A stretch of 61,316 bases of DNA, filler included, from Bipalium vagum (Eukaryota), in NCBI GenBank assembly GCA_037834085.1. It is 3 parts of 3 records of this genome, joined end to end, with 100 filler letters (N's around TTAATTAATTAA, not from the genome) between each part and the next. Parts side by side here need not be neighbours in the genome. Positions count along the whole stretch, not along the records: positions 1 to 16,290 come from JBBMKC010117882.1; 2 more parts are not named here. One strand, given 5' to 3'. A model generated the notes under the pieces. The model did no database searches. It was given only the letters and a program-made list of their open reading frames with translations, and was not told the DNA's origin. Numbering within the stretch: position 1 is the stretch's first letter; the number at the start of each line of letters is the position of its first letter. The translations under genes and the position numbers were made by a program. Of this stretch, positions 1 to 12,580 are shown one piece after another.

Positions 1-1876
1 AAAATAACCAACTTCTTTTTCTTATTTTGTTCGTTTTGTACAATATATTACTATAAAAGTAAACTGTCCAATAAACTTGACAGGACTATATTATTTACAC
101 TTTTCCTTCTAATGCTTGAAATAAAGTTGTTTCAAAAACTAAACTTTTAGATTCAATAAATATTTAATTTCGGTAATCATATTGCTTTATCTTTGAAAAC
201 CTTGCCTTCAGCTTCCATATACATCGTCTCTTTCAAATAAAATCTTTCTGTGTCTGATTAGGTTCCTTCCTTCCATACTAGTAGTCAAAATGTTTCAACT
301 ATGTTTATTGCATAATATATCTTCTTTATTCTTACTTCAAGAGGTTGTGCTAACAGTCATTGAATAATTTCTTGATATAAATCTCGTTCTGTGACATAAT
401 ATATTTTCTATACTCTTCGAGTTATATCCATATCAATTAAGCATATATCAATTGCACAATCTTTTTGTATTCGTATTTCAGCTCTATATTCTTGATAGTT
501 TTCAAAAGTTATATAAAATAACTTGTCAATTTTAAAATATTGCGCACTTTCAATAATGAAGTAATTGTATATATATAAACGTTTTGTGTATAATTTCTGA
601 CAAAATATGAATATGATTCTTTTTGGTAAAGTATCGATTATAATCTCTAACTTTTCTCTTGCATCAATTGTTGCAAGTTGATACCATCCTGCGTATGTCA
701 TCTCATCCACTGTTTGACTTCTTTTTTATTATCTCCATGTTTCTTTTGCCTTTTTGTTCTATATCCTTCAATATAAATGCTTTCCAGTTGCACTTATCTC
801 CAATCCATATTTATATTAATGATATATGACGGTTCGGAATAAAATATTTCTTATACTGTATCCTGTAATAGAGATACCAGACTCACCGACAGAAGAAGAA
901 TCTCAGAATCAGGAAAAAGAAATAGTAACTTCTACGGTGGAGATTAACAGAGCCCAGTGTGAGACAAAAAAAGAAAATAGTGAAAAAGAACGAAAAAGAA
1001 TAGGGGAGGTAAAGGAGTGGTAGAGAATTTTAAGAAATTTAGATGTGTGCAAATCACTACCAGTGGATTTAAATGATAGCAACAACCAGCTTGAATTGAT
1101 AACGAGAGAGGAGTAATATAAGAAACATCCAAGGGAAGCCAAGAGTCATTACGAAATAAAAACAATACATTACGGATACAAACGAAAGGTGGTTATCCGC
1201 AGCTCACCTAGCTCACAAGGGACGAAGATGAAATGGGACTAAATCCCAACTATTACCTGGGACGATCTGATATCGCAGGAAGATTTCATAGTTCTAACCT
1301 AGCCAATGACACTAACAGGATCATCGGAAGAAAATAGCACAATAAGCTAGTGTCAGAAAAATCGAGTTGAAAGGAGCTAAGAAAAAACGAATATCAATTG
1401 AATAGTTCATTAACATTGAGAAAGCTTGTGAATGAGGCTAAAATCCCAAAGAACTTTCTAAGAAGGAATATTAATACGAAAAAAAGAAAATAAAGAATAG
1501 GAGGAAGGAAAATGAAGGTGGAACCTAGAAGAACCAACAGAACACAGCAGTGATAGGCTGAGTTATTAACGATAAGCATTGATAAATCCTAAAGATATTG
1601 TGATATGTTGTTAAAGTACAATAAGTTTTTTCTGTCTTACGAGTGGGTTATTTTAATTAAGATTTGAAGGGCCAAATCTGATCAACATCGGGAATGTCTG
1701 TTGGGTACGCCATGGGTACGTCCTGATTTTTTTCTAAAAAGGTAAAGGGTTTAAACAATTCAGTCATTAATAATAATTAAAAAATTTTGGTTTATCTCAA
1801 CGAGATATTCCCGAGATTCAATTTGACTCCATAAATAGGGAAGGATTAGGAGATGAAGGAAATAGGTATATTTCTT

Positions 1877-1940
1877 AATTAGAAATTGACAAACGAATGA
1901 GTAGTCAGCTGGTCAACATAAAAGAAAATGAGACTCAAAC
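1877..1940 (+). repeat. Dispersed repeat motif shared with 8999-9060 (probable LTR-family promoter segment)
   Basis: aattagaaattgacaaacgaatgagtagtcagctggtcaacataaaag vs aattagaaattggccaatgacatggtagtcgactggtcaatataaaag. Confidence 0.55.
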
Positions 1941-2719
1941 TTTCTGTAGATGGGTCATACGTTAGACCATAAGTGTTGTGTATATCTTGAGCTTTAAACG
2001 ACTGATCACTGCTAAATAGTGTGTCTCTCGTTATTTGATTTCGATGGTGTTTAATTATAAGAAAAATGAGCATATGGAACTCTAGAGAACACTTATTCCC
2101 CAAGAAAGGTTTACTTTATAAATTTAGGTTAGATTTTGTAAAGTTCATTTTAGTAAATAAAAATAAATTGAGACATCTAATAAAATATTATGGATTGATT
2201 TTCTTAGAACTTCTTTACAGTTCTAAAACAGTTTCCACTTGAAAACTTTAAATTTCTAATACTACACACAAAAAGTCTGAAGTAACTTAAAAAAAATTTT
2301 ATATTATTAAACTAGTTTTAATAATAACTAGTCTTACTATCTACTTTTACCGTTTAATGTGATCTTTTTTTTCATTAGCTAAACAATTCAGACAACCCCT
2401 CATCAACCTACATATTACATCTGCTTAAAATCAATAGATCTAAATTGAAAAAGTCGATATAGAACTCATTCAGCATTAGTTATCTTCAGTTCATTACATT
2501 TAAAGGGTACCACTTTTGATGCAAGAAATACTTAGGATATGAATATTCATTAAAACAACACTTTCAATATCTCAGTAGTCTTGCATAATAGTGTTTTTGT
2601 TAAAATAAACAAAATCGATCTGTATGAGGTATTCCTTAAATAAATAACAGTACAAAGAATTTTGATTTTCACAAGTTTTCAAAATTAATCAAATATCTAA
2701 TGAGTGTCAAAATCCAATT

Positions 2720-4309
2720 TTAGTTGTTATTGGAATTCTTGGATAAGTCTACTTGCATCAAGCAAGCGTAGATAGTCAGAATCATTTTCTGATTCAGGTC
2801 TATCACATGTTGTGGCAGTGCGAAAACGTTGGCTCCGATCTTCCTTGCTATCGTAATAGCGTATTTAGCATCACTTAACGGATCATTGCAAATGAGGGAA
2901 TAATCAACTGCATTGGGCTTTATAGATTCGATTAAATCTATAATTGGTTTAGAAGTTTTTATATTTTGATCTCTGAATGATCTGATCTTTGATTCCGGTT
3001 TTCCAGAACTTGCACATTTGCCATTAGCCCATTCCAGAATATCTCGATCTTCAATTGATCTATTTAAATTTGGGGGCTGTAACTTTTGCAATAAACGGAA
3101 GTTGTAAATTCTCATCATTTGGAAACAGAGACCTAGTATTAAGGTCTGCTCAGATTCTCGAATATTTTCGGCAGATAATCCTACTAATTTAATGTTCAAA
3201 TGCTTGGCGTAATTAAGAAAGAGAACACAGTTATCCTGCATTTCGAAAAGCTTTTTCATTGGATTGAATTTCTTGTACACTGTATCCCATTTTACTGTAT
3301 TAGGCTGAATAACATCTATAAGGTGTAGTAATGCCAACCCATTTCGTAAATCTGAATACAAGTATTTAATATACGGTTCTACACCCATTGAATTCATCCA
3401 ATTCCTATATGTTTTTTCTTCCAATGTTTCCTCGATAATATCAAAATCTTGAACTACCTTCTCTGTTACATGCAAAGCAGGATAATTATTGAAGAGGTGT
3501 GCTAAAAAAGCCATATTTAGTTTTTCACGATTTTTTCCTTTCTGAGTAACCATTGCAATGTCATTAGCTTCAACAAAAGCTTTGGCCTTCATTGCTTCGG
3601 CATTTTTCAAAACCTTTTCTGCCCTTTCAACTAAATTACTCGATATTAAAACTTGATCCGGACTAGACATTTTAGATCGGTATTCAGATGGAGCAATTTG
3701 GTTGAGCAAATGGGCATAAATCACAGAATCCATTATATCAGTATTAAAGTTAGTGATTCTTCGAGAGACTTCTGCGTGCTCCAAATGATAATTCACCCAT
3801 CTCATAAGAATTTCTTCTGGACTTAATTGTTTCAGATCGTCAAGAGTCTCTCCTTTACGTAATAATACAACCAACTCAGCATGTGTAGTTAGGTTAATTT
3901 TACCAATCAATCCTATTCTAATTATTTGCCATAATAAGCCAAGTACAATATGCCTTACGGCATTTCCTAAATCAATTGGCCCAATATTCACGACACAACA
4001 TCCTATGGAAGATGCAGATTGAACAGCCAACGACAGGTTTTCATTTTTACAAAATATGCTTTCAAGTTTTTTCCCAACATTAATAGCACGTACATCAATT
4101 GTTTCCGGAACAGAATAATTTATCATTTTACACAGTAATACACCATCTGTACAGCTTTCACACAAATTGCTGTGATCTAATGGAAAATATTTTTGACACA
4201 TTTCATCATCTTTTAGAGCTTGTTGTATCCAGTCAGCATAACTTCGTTCTTCAGCGTCACTTTCCATTCTGACGACCTGAACATCTTCTTGTCCGTTTAT
4301 TGACAATTG
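2720..4309 (-). CDS. Fimbrin/plastin actin-bundling protein: terminal exon encoding four calponin-homology domains
   Basis: Uninterrupted ORF with plastin hallmarks EERSYADWI, DGVLLCKMINYSVPETIDVRAIN, CCVVNIGPIDL, HIVLGLLWQIIRIGL, LSPEEILMRWVNYHL, EEKTYRNWMNSMGV, AKYAITIARKIGA. It begins at a ttcag| acceptor (exon starts 4309); the ORF-track 'M' is a TTG codon. Confidence 0.95.
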   Translation of the reverse strand, partial: QLSINGQEDVQVVRMESDAEERSYADWIQQALKDDEMCQKYFPLDHSNLCESCTDGVLLCKMINYSVPETIDVRAINVGKKLESIFCKNENLSLAVQSASSIGCCVVNIGPIDLGNAVRHIVLGLLWQIIRIGLIGKINLTTHAELVVLLRKGETLDDLKQLSPEEILMRWVNYHLEHAEVSRRITNFNTDIMDSVIYAHLLNQIAPSEYRSKMSSPDQVLISSNLVERAEKVLKNAEAMKAKAFVEANDIAMVTQKGKNREKLNMAFLAHLFNNYPALHVTEKVVQDFDIIEETLEEKTYRNWMNSMGVEPYIKYLYSDLRNGLALLHLIDVIQPNTVKWDTVYKKFNPMKKLFEMQDNCVLFLNYAKHLNIKLVGLSAENIRESEQTLILGLCFQMMRIYNFRLLQKLQPPNLNRSIEDRDILEWANGKCASSGKPESKIRSFRDQNIKTSKPIIDLIESIKPNAVDYSLICNDPLSDAKYAITIARKIGANVFALPQHVIDLNQKMILTIYACLMQVDLSKNSNNN

Positions 4310-4482
4310 CTGAATTAAAATAACTTTAATAATAACCCAAATAAGAAATAATATTTTTAATTATAATTATTATTATTAACATTGATTAACATTATTATAT
4401 AAACAGTTGTATAATAATAATTATGTAATTATCCTTGTTATTTTCTAATTAACACCACCCCTCTTATTAAGATCATAAATTA

Positions 4483-4850
4483 CAGTACCCTCAAAAAGTT
4501 TGTTCGCCCCCTATCAAAATAAATAAAAACGAATGTAAGTCAAGATATATTTATCAAATATTCACCACAATTACATTCTAATACTTAGTTGGATGCGCTT
4601 TCATATTGTGAACAGATTTGACTGGCATCGCCATTGATTCAACAAGATTTTGACAATATTTTCTATCCAAAGAATATCATTGTTGTTGAACTGCTTTCCA
4701 CAATTGTTCTTTGGAGTGGCATGGAACATGTTGCATTGTATTCTTAAGGTATCCCCAAATATTTTTGATGTGGTTGACATCCGGAGAACTTCCTGGCTAA
4801 TCTAGCACATCAAAATTTTTAATTTTAAAATACTTATACGTGCTCAAAGC
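4483..4850 (-). mobile_element. Tc1-like transposon 3' remnant
   Basis: TA-CAGTACCC terminus; minus strand reads VLD*PGSSPDVNHIKNIWGYLK..YCQNLVESM (decayed WPxxSPDLNPIENLW). Confidence 0.75.
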
Positions 4851-5751
4851 TCTATGTATCCTCCAAAAGTTTTTTCACCCCTGTAAAATTTATTAATTTC
4901 GTAATTTGTGTTTAAATAACTTAAATTTTAAATCATTTAATTATTATTGACTGCATTGTTTAAATAATATTGATGCATATTGATTATTTAAATTTTTATA
5001 ATTCTTATAGCGTTTTTTCAGTTACAGAATGGCAAGAAAAATATCCGAATTTAATAGAAATGCCATAGTTGTACTTAAGAAGAGCGGGAAAACCTGGAAT
5101 GAAATTCAAAATCGAAATTGTGCTGAAATTATAAATTGAAGTAAAGATAGAATCGAATTTGTTGGTGAATTGAGCAAATTGAGAAGGAAGTGTCCATGTG
5201 ATTATTTGTGAGTTTTTGTGATAATAGTTTGAGAACCACTGATAAAAAATGGTTAGTATTCTTTTGAATATTAACAAAAAAAGTACAATTGGGGTACATT
5301 GCAAAATCCAAAAATAAAAAATGACGTGTTTTGTAGTTTTATCAGATGAAAATTAATATTTGTTTAAATAATTATTTACAGAGTATAAAGATGGCACACA
5401 AAAAATATCATTATAATATATTATTATAAAGTATAGTGAAATATATTGAATTTTCCGATATTTTATAATTAAATTTAATAATCACTAATTACTGAGTTAC
5501 TCTTTACTAATTATAACCATAATTTCTGTTGAGCAAAAATATCACAATGAGCGGCTTATAGATAGCATAAACAAAGATCAAAGTGCGTATAAATGTAAAT
5601 CGAATTTTTAACCTAAGCTTATCATAACAAAAATTAGTAGACAGCATTTATAAAATGTCAGTTCTATTATAGAAACAGTCAATAAATATTTATGAGCAGA
5701 ACTAAATTCACAGAGAGAAACAAATTCAAAGTCAGTTTAGATGTCATTGAC

Positions 5752-6842
5752 TTGCCTTAGATATTGTCTTTCATCTCTTAGCACTTTGTAAACATTCCTT
5801 TAAACAATTTTATTAGTTTTGTTTTCAGTATTAAATTTTCTTGTTCTTTATTAATTGTTAATATTCAATAGAACCATCCCAGTATACATCGACTAGTTAC
5901 ATAATCTACTCTCTTTCTCTAACTAATATTTTTTTGTTTAAATGATTGACAGTAAAAATAAATTAATTTTTTTTTCAATGAAAAAAAATCAATAACTTTT
6001 TATCATTTAAATTGTGAAAAATTTTGAAGAAGCCTTAACTTTTTTATAGATCTGAAAAACAATTTTAAAAGCTTTCTATGAATAAATTAATTAGTGATAA
6101 AAATTATTGTGATCATCAACACGGTGACACTTCCAAGAACATTTTCTAAGATTTTCTAGAATTAAATTTTTCAACAAAAATTTGTTTTTTATATAAATGA
6201 AGATTTTGTTTTCTTTATCTGAAGTTGAGTCTTGAGAACGCAGAGCAACATTATTTGACTTTTTGTCTTTCATCTTAAAAATTAAACGTCAATTTTCTTT
6301 ATTAATAGACTGGAAGCAAAACCCTCTTACTAATGATGAAGTGTTTAAATACAGTCGATAATGACCTTCTTAAGTAACTTCCATAGACAGTGACATATTG
6401 TCATTGAACAAAACTTTGATATTTTTGTATATTATCAATTTTATGATCTTTGTACTATTTTCTTTATTATTAAACATTGAAAAAATCAATTATTTCGTTA
6501 TCATTTTTGTTAGCACCATTTCTGGCATTATTTTCTGAGTGCAAATAAATTATTTTAATTGAACAAAGGTCGAAACTTGATTTTAATATTACCAAAATTA
6601 ATCAGTAAATTAATGTTCGTAATCTCAAAAGTTTTCCAGTTTTATCTGCAAATCAATAAAAGTTGACATTAAAAATAAAAGGTTTTATTAATCAAATAAA
6701 GTACAATTTTCCCTCCACATTTTTGTCCATCAATGTGAAAGCTTTTCCATCATATAATGATACAAAGGGTTTGTTTTTATGTAAAGTCTCAAAGTTTCAG
6801 CCACTTCAGATGAATTAAAAAACTAACCTTTCAAACCATTAC
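5752..6842 (-). CDS. Candidate upstream fimbrin exons (6842-6828, 6741-6705, 5797-5752) encoding a degenerate EF-hand
   Basis: AG/GT-bounded segments with compatible phases (1-1, 1-2, 2-0) give NGLK-AFTLMDKNVEGKL-NVYKVLRDERQYLRQ, joining in frame to QLSING of the big exon. Some splice sites are weak and the start codon is not located. Confidence 0.4.
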
Positions 6843-7721
6843 CTAAAAACCAGAACAATGTAAATTCAAAAACAATGCCTGAAGTTTGTTGAGTGAGACA
6901 TATATAGAACCGTATATCTAGGGAGCTAGAAGCTTATATATGTGTAATTTAAGATCTTTCTCCATGGAGATTATAGATCATAATCTTTTTTTATCTTCCT
7001 TTCTCAAAAGATATGGTTATACAATTTGTTTTATGGACTAATTTAGATGTTCTTATTGATTTGAAACCTTAAAAAATGCCAATATCAATCTTTTAAAAGA
7101 TATCTTTTTATGTGGCTGGAATTAAATTTCAAAAAAATTTTAAATGAAAACTTTTAATGACATCCTGTAAAAAAATTGAAATATTACTAGAAAATGTTCC
7201 CCCGGAATTTAAAGATTTTATTTTTTCTATATACATTATATAATACAATAATTACATATTACCTATCCAACTTCGACAGATTATGTCAATATGATGGAGA
7301 AAAATAACAGGTAGGGAGATGTTAATAATATAAACAAGAAATTTTATTTGAGAGACAACCCATATAATATTCCAGAAGGGTGCGTATCAGTTGAAATTTT
7401 CGACTATTAGAAAAGCTAAAGAGATAACAATCGTTTTGTATTGTATTTTTTGTATCTTTCCAAAGGAAGTGTATTTTCGACTAAATATAATTCTGCTCTT
7501 CGAAATTTTCTTACAGAGATCCTAACTTAAATTTCTAATTGAATTCTAAGCCGGCACCTTAAAAATATTTTTAATTCGTGAACATATTCTCGACATAAAA
7601 TCTTTTATGTTGTTGTCAATAATCCAGCGCAAATTAAAGTGTTTCATTTGTAGTTTATAATAAAAATTATTATTATTATTTTCAAATTTGAGAAAATGTG
7701 TAATTCCATGTATATATATTC

Positions 7722-8697
7722 TGTAGGTGCATTAAAATCTCGCTGTTTTTAATAGAAAGAAAAAGGTTAAGCAAAAAGCAAAATACATTTATGTTTACAT
7801 GAAATATCAATCACATTAGCGTTCGATATTCTTAACAACATTTCCTTATTTTTCGGGCAACAAATGCATTCCCCGATAAAAAATCCTTGACCCTTAGATT
7901 TGATCTATAAGTCAAGCGATTTTTTGATTTGGAGGTACTGTTTGGAAACCCAAAGTTGCATTGAGCGAAAAAAGTGGTAATCACTCGGTGCAAGGTCAGA
8001 TGAATATGGCAGGTGAGTTAAAAAATCCCATCCAAATTCTACTATTGTTCACTAAAATCGAAGTCTGTGGTCAAGAATTATCATGCTGCAACAACACCTT
8101 ATCATGTCTATTGGAATATTTAGGCCGTTGTTCATGGAGTGCTTGCCTTAATTTTGTTAGTTGTTGCTGGTAATGTTAACCATCGACCCTTCGCTTTTTT
8201 TTTAACAGTTCATAATAAATTATTCCCTTTTGATCCCATAAAATTGACAGCATCACCTTACGCCCATGTATATTTTATTTCGGAATGGATACTTCAGAAT
8301 CACCGCGCTTCGCCCAAGATCTTGGTGGATCCGAATGTGGTTTGTCCTCTAAATCTCAGTCAACCGCTTTGAATTTCCAAAACCAATATCGGCAACATGC
8401 TTCGGATAAAGCATAGTTAACAAAGCTACGGAAAGCATCCTATGGCTTTCTGTAGCACTTTTATTCAGATTATAAGAAAAAGGTAACGCTTCCCGCATGT
8501 GTTTTTTGGGATAAAGATCGTCATATTAATGACTTGATTCAGGATTGGTCTATCGATAAACTGAATGATACATGATTAATTTTAATTATTAATGTCAATG
8601 TATAACAAATCTTAGCTTTAGATTCAAATTATTGCGATATTTAATAATAAAATGATTAATTTAAACAAACAGCGAGAACTAATGCACCTACCTAATA
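7722..8697 (-). mobile_element. Degenerate mariner element
   Basis: Inverted termini taggtgcattaaaatctcgctgttt / aaacagcgagaactaatgcaccta; minus strand reads EFGWDFLTHLPYSSDLAPSDYH. Confidence 0.85.
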
Positions 8698-10048
8698 TAA
8701 GTGTACTTTAAGTTTCCTAAAAATAACCAAGATAACATTGAATTTTTAATCTAAACACACCGTATTTCAAATTTTACATAAAGAGAAACCGGTGTTAAAA
8801 CTAGAATATTTTAATGATAATAACAGAAAATATTTTAGATTAGAAACCAATTCTTAAAACCATTTTCTGTTTGTCTTTTTAATTTTTTGTCACTCCTTGT
8901 ATTTTATGTGCGAGCTTTGTTTTAAATAGGCGTTTTGCAATTAGAGACAGATTGATAAGAATAGTAAATCAAAACTAAAATGTGGATAGAGGTCCCGCAA
9001 TTAGAAATTGGCCAATGACATGGTAGTCGACTGGTCAATATAAAAGGGAATGGAGTCACCCATGGAGTTCCAGTAGAGAAAATTTTTTGCAACAATTATT
9101 AATTATATTTTCTTTAAATTTGAAAATTTGCTTTTGTTAGAAGATTTTATCGTTTCAATCATGAGAAAATTGTTCAGAAACCCTTATTGTCTGAAAATTG
9201 GAACACATTTATTTTTAGGTTAATTTATTTATACTATGATACGAAAAGATTCTAATATGGGTCCTGTTCTACTCAGTCGTCTAAAGGCGTATAAGTTTGG
9301 GTCTATCAGACGACCTATGAATTGATTGAATTTCATTTGTTGGCAACAGTGTTCTATCTTTTTTCTTTGCATTATCTTTTGTAATTTCATTCAATTTAAT
9401 AAATCATTGAATTTGGATAGATAATTGAATAACATTATCGACGATTGATAATTATCCCTATTTTCATTTGTGTTGCCGTTATAATTGTGAATATGTGATT
9501 TATTATTTGATTGTGATAAAAATAAAGTTGTTTGGTTTGAACTGATTATTTCTTTTGTTACACCAACTAATAGAAAGAGTCAGCTTGGAGCTCAGATTAT
9601 AGTGTTGATTTCCGATCCATTCTTTGAGTTTTAAAATTTTGATTACTTATCTTAACAGCAATTGTGTGAGCCCATCATTATTCTTATTAATTCATGTGGC
9701 ACTTTAAAAAATCGATTGTTTTGATTATTATTTGAGACAATCTGAAGATCCTAATATTATTACCAATTGGTGTATCGATTGATTTGTTACTGTGCTGTTA
9801 CTTTTTATAGGAAAATGAAGTTTTTTTATTCATTCTAACAAGAGTGAAATGGTTAATAAACTTTTAGTTCAAAGTTATATATAGAATCAACACTCAAATT
9901 TATATAGAACTGTATAAAAATAAGATTCAATTGAAAATTAATAATAATATTATTAGAATTGAAAAATCAAAAAGTATATTTGATCGACACATAAATAATA
10001 TCGTTTCATATCAATTTACAATCAAAAGGTTAATAAATTTTTTAAATA

Positions 10049-10777
10049 CAAGGTCTGTAAATTGAGTAATGAGACTGATTTTTTCCTGCCAAACTGACAA
10101 CACTGTAACTCTGAGAAGTAGTCATGTGTTAAACCAAACAGCTAATCAAAAATGAATATTAATTTCATCTATACATTATATTATTATCATGTGACTATTA
10201 GTCATCAGTCAATTTTTGTCAAGTTTTTGGTTTGCTGTTCAAAAAATGAGTGAGAACAATTATGAACAGCGTCAAGCAATCAAATTTTTTGTTAAACTTG
10301 GTGAAACTGCTACTGAAACGTTTGAAAAATTAAAGAGAGCTTATGGTGACGAATATTTGTCAAGAGCTCAAGTTTTAAATGGTATAAAGCATTTTCAGAT
10401 GGACGAGAATCGGTTCAGGATGACCCTCACTCTGGAAGACCGTTAACATCGAAAAGTTATGAAAATGTTTGGAAACATTGAGATATGGTGCGAAAAGATC
10501 GACAACTGACTACAAGAATGACGGCAAAAGAATTGGATTTGAACCATACCACAAGTTTTAAGGGAAGAATTAAAGATTAGAAAGGATTGTGCAAAATTGG
10601 TTCCAAAAAATATCACTGTTCAACAGAAAGACAACTGAATAGAAATTTATCGAGATCCCTTTGGACGAATTGAAAGAGATACTGATTTTCTAAAACTCGT
10701 TATCACTGATGATGAATCTTGGATTTTTGAGTATGATTGTTATCGAACCAGTCTCATTACTTAATTTATAGACTTTG
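10049..10777 (+). mobile_element. Internally deleted mariner with both TIRs and TA TSD
   Basis: TIRs caaggtctgtaaattgagtaatgagactg / cagtctcattacttaatttatagactttg flanked by TA; EQRQAIKFFVKLGETATETF HTH, LVPK, VITDDESWIFEYD, then deletion of the remaining catalytic domain. Confidence 0.9.
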
Positions 10778-10779
10778 TA

Positions 10780-11813
10780 TAAAAACCATTTTTGGCTATT
10801 TTATAGTATAAGGTTGTAGGATTTTCGAATTTCATTTGTAAAAATGCAAGAGACTGCAAGATCAATTAACCAAATCTGTCTAGATTCTGATGATGTCAGG
10901 AAATATGACAGATCCCAATGCAAAGAGGGAATTTTTAATTTACCAGATGCTCTTAGATAGGCGATTGTAGGTACTGATATTGTACAGATATCGATTGAAA
11001 AAAAATCTCAAATATCTTAGAATGAATTATGATTAATCAATTAATACAATTGATTAATCAACAGAGAAAAAATTCACCGACATTTAAAGAAATTAGGTAA
11101 AAAAAACCAAGACCAGAATATGGACACCTCACAAACTTGCCGATGACCTAAAAAGGAGGCGTGTTTCAATATGGTTACTTGGTTTTAATATAATACTTGA
11201 TACAGATGTATGTGTATATGATAAATAAAAAATTATTTACTCTGCTGAATCGTGTGATAACTGGTGATGAGAAATGGGCTCGGTACAACAACTCCAGTCC
11301 CAAACGGCAATATGTTTATGCGAAAAGAGTAATTGTAAGTGTTTGGTGGTCTACTAGAGGTATTATGCATTTCAAGTTGTGCAATCTGCTGAAACAATAA
11401 CTGTGGATGCGTATTGTGCTCAGCTAAAGAGATTGAAATGTGACACTGGGAAAGTATTCAGCTTTGACAAACAGAAATTAATTCATTATGATAATACACG
11501 AAGGCATATCGCAAAAAAGCATTTCAGCAGATTACTAACTTTTACTGGGAACTTTTACCGGATATTGAATCCTCTGACTATAATGTATTCAATACCACGC
11601 AACATTTCTTGTCGGGATAAAGTTTATTTCTAATGAAGCTGTAAATATTTTCATCCGGGAATTTTTCGATTCCAAACCAGCAAATTATTATAAAGATAAA
11701 TTGAGTGACATTACAGAAATCAATGGTATTTGATTATTATATATGTTCCGTGCCATTTTTGTTGTTTAAAGTTTTCTGTAAAAACACATCATTACTTATT
11801 TGTCAACCTAATA
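10780..11813 (+). mobile_element. Degenerate mariner (second family)
   Basis: WTPHKL, RVITGDEKW, VSVWWSTRG, HYDNTRRH; right terminus ttacttatttgtcaacctaata. Confidence 0.85.
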
Positions 11814-12059
11814 CACATCCTTGTCATAAGACATACGAATACATAGTTCTGTCCCAAACTACATCCCAAAAAATCCATACTATAAAACTTGTTAAGAAAC
11901 AAAATCTATCTTAAACTTTAACTTAGCTGAACCCAAAAATCATTTTTTGTGAATTGGTTCTAAATTAAATATGGAGTGTAAGAATCCAATGTAAGCATTT
12001 TGCAATTTTGCCTTTATACAAGTTCTGACACTCCAACAACGAGGTTTAAATTATTGAAG

Positions 12060-12580
12060 AATCTCAGGATTACACAGAAGTTGATTTATTGAACCGGACT
12101 TTTATTACACGATACAGGTAATACCAGGAATAAGAACAAAGAACTTTACTGTCTACAGCGCCAATAACAAGGATGTTATGCTATTGTTTAAAGTCAAACA
12201 AGGTGCGTATAATTCCGATAACGTTGTCAGATTCATTGAATCATTTTTCATAAACTTTCTAATATGAACATAAATATTTGAAATCTTATCATGGATGACG
12301 TTCGATTTCACATAACCGAAAGAGTAAAATTATATATAGAAAATAGTGGACACGGTGTGATGTTCCTACCACCCTGCTCACTATTTATAAATCCTATAGA
12401 AAACATTTTTTCTTAATGGAAGGATTTGGTGAGAAGAAGAACAGTTGAAACTGAAGACGATTTGATGAATGCAATAAATGAAGCATCCATGATAATAATC
12501 CCTGAGAGATTGTAACGGCTTTTACAGAAATATATTTTGATATTTATCCAGATACTTCGCGGTGAACCTGTTTTAGATTA
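12060..12580 (+). mobile_element. IS630/Tc1-like (DDE_3-type) transposase remnant
   Basis: ILIMDDVRFH..GHGVMFLPPCSLFINPIENIFS*WK resembles MDNxxFH..LPPYSPFLNPIE. Confidence 0.75.

Noticed and set aside
408-1600. Short ORFs considered as a viral or retroelement gag/pol remnant
   Set aside because: Purine skew suggests decayed coding DNA, but I found no diagnostic motif, so it is unassignable without a search.
5750-5757. Possible GC-AG donor (ag|gcaagt) for a fimbrin exon
   Set aside because: It is phase 2, which is incompatible with the phase-0 acceptor at 4309; the GT 4 nt downstream fits.
6330-6470. In-frame TGA read-through (selenocysteine or alternative genetic code)
   Set aside because: Flanking frames contain other stops, and all four host genes translate cleanly with the standard code (Trp encoded by TGG).
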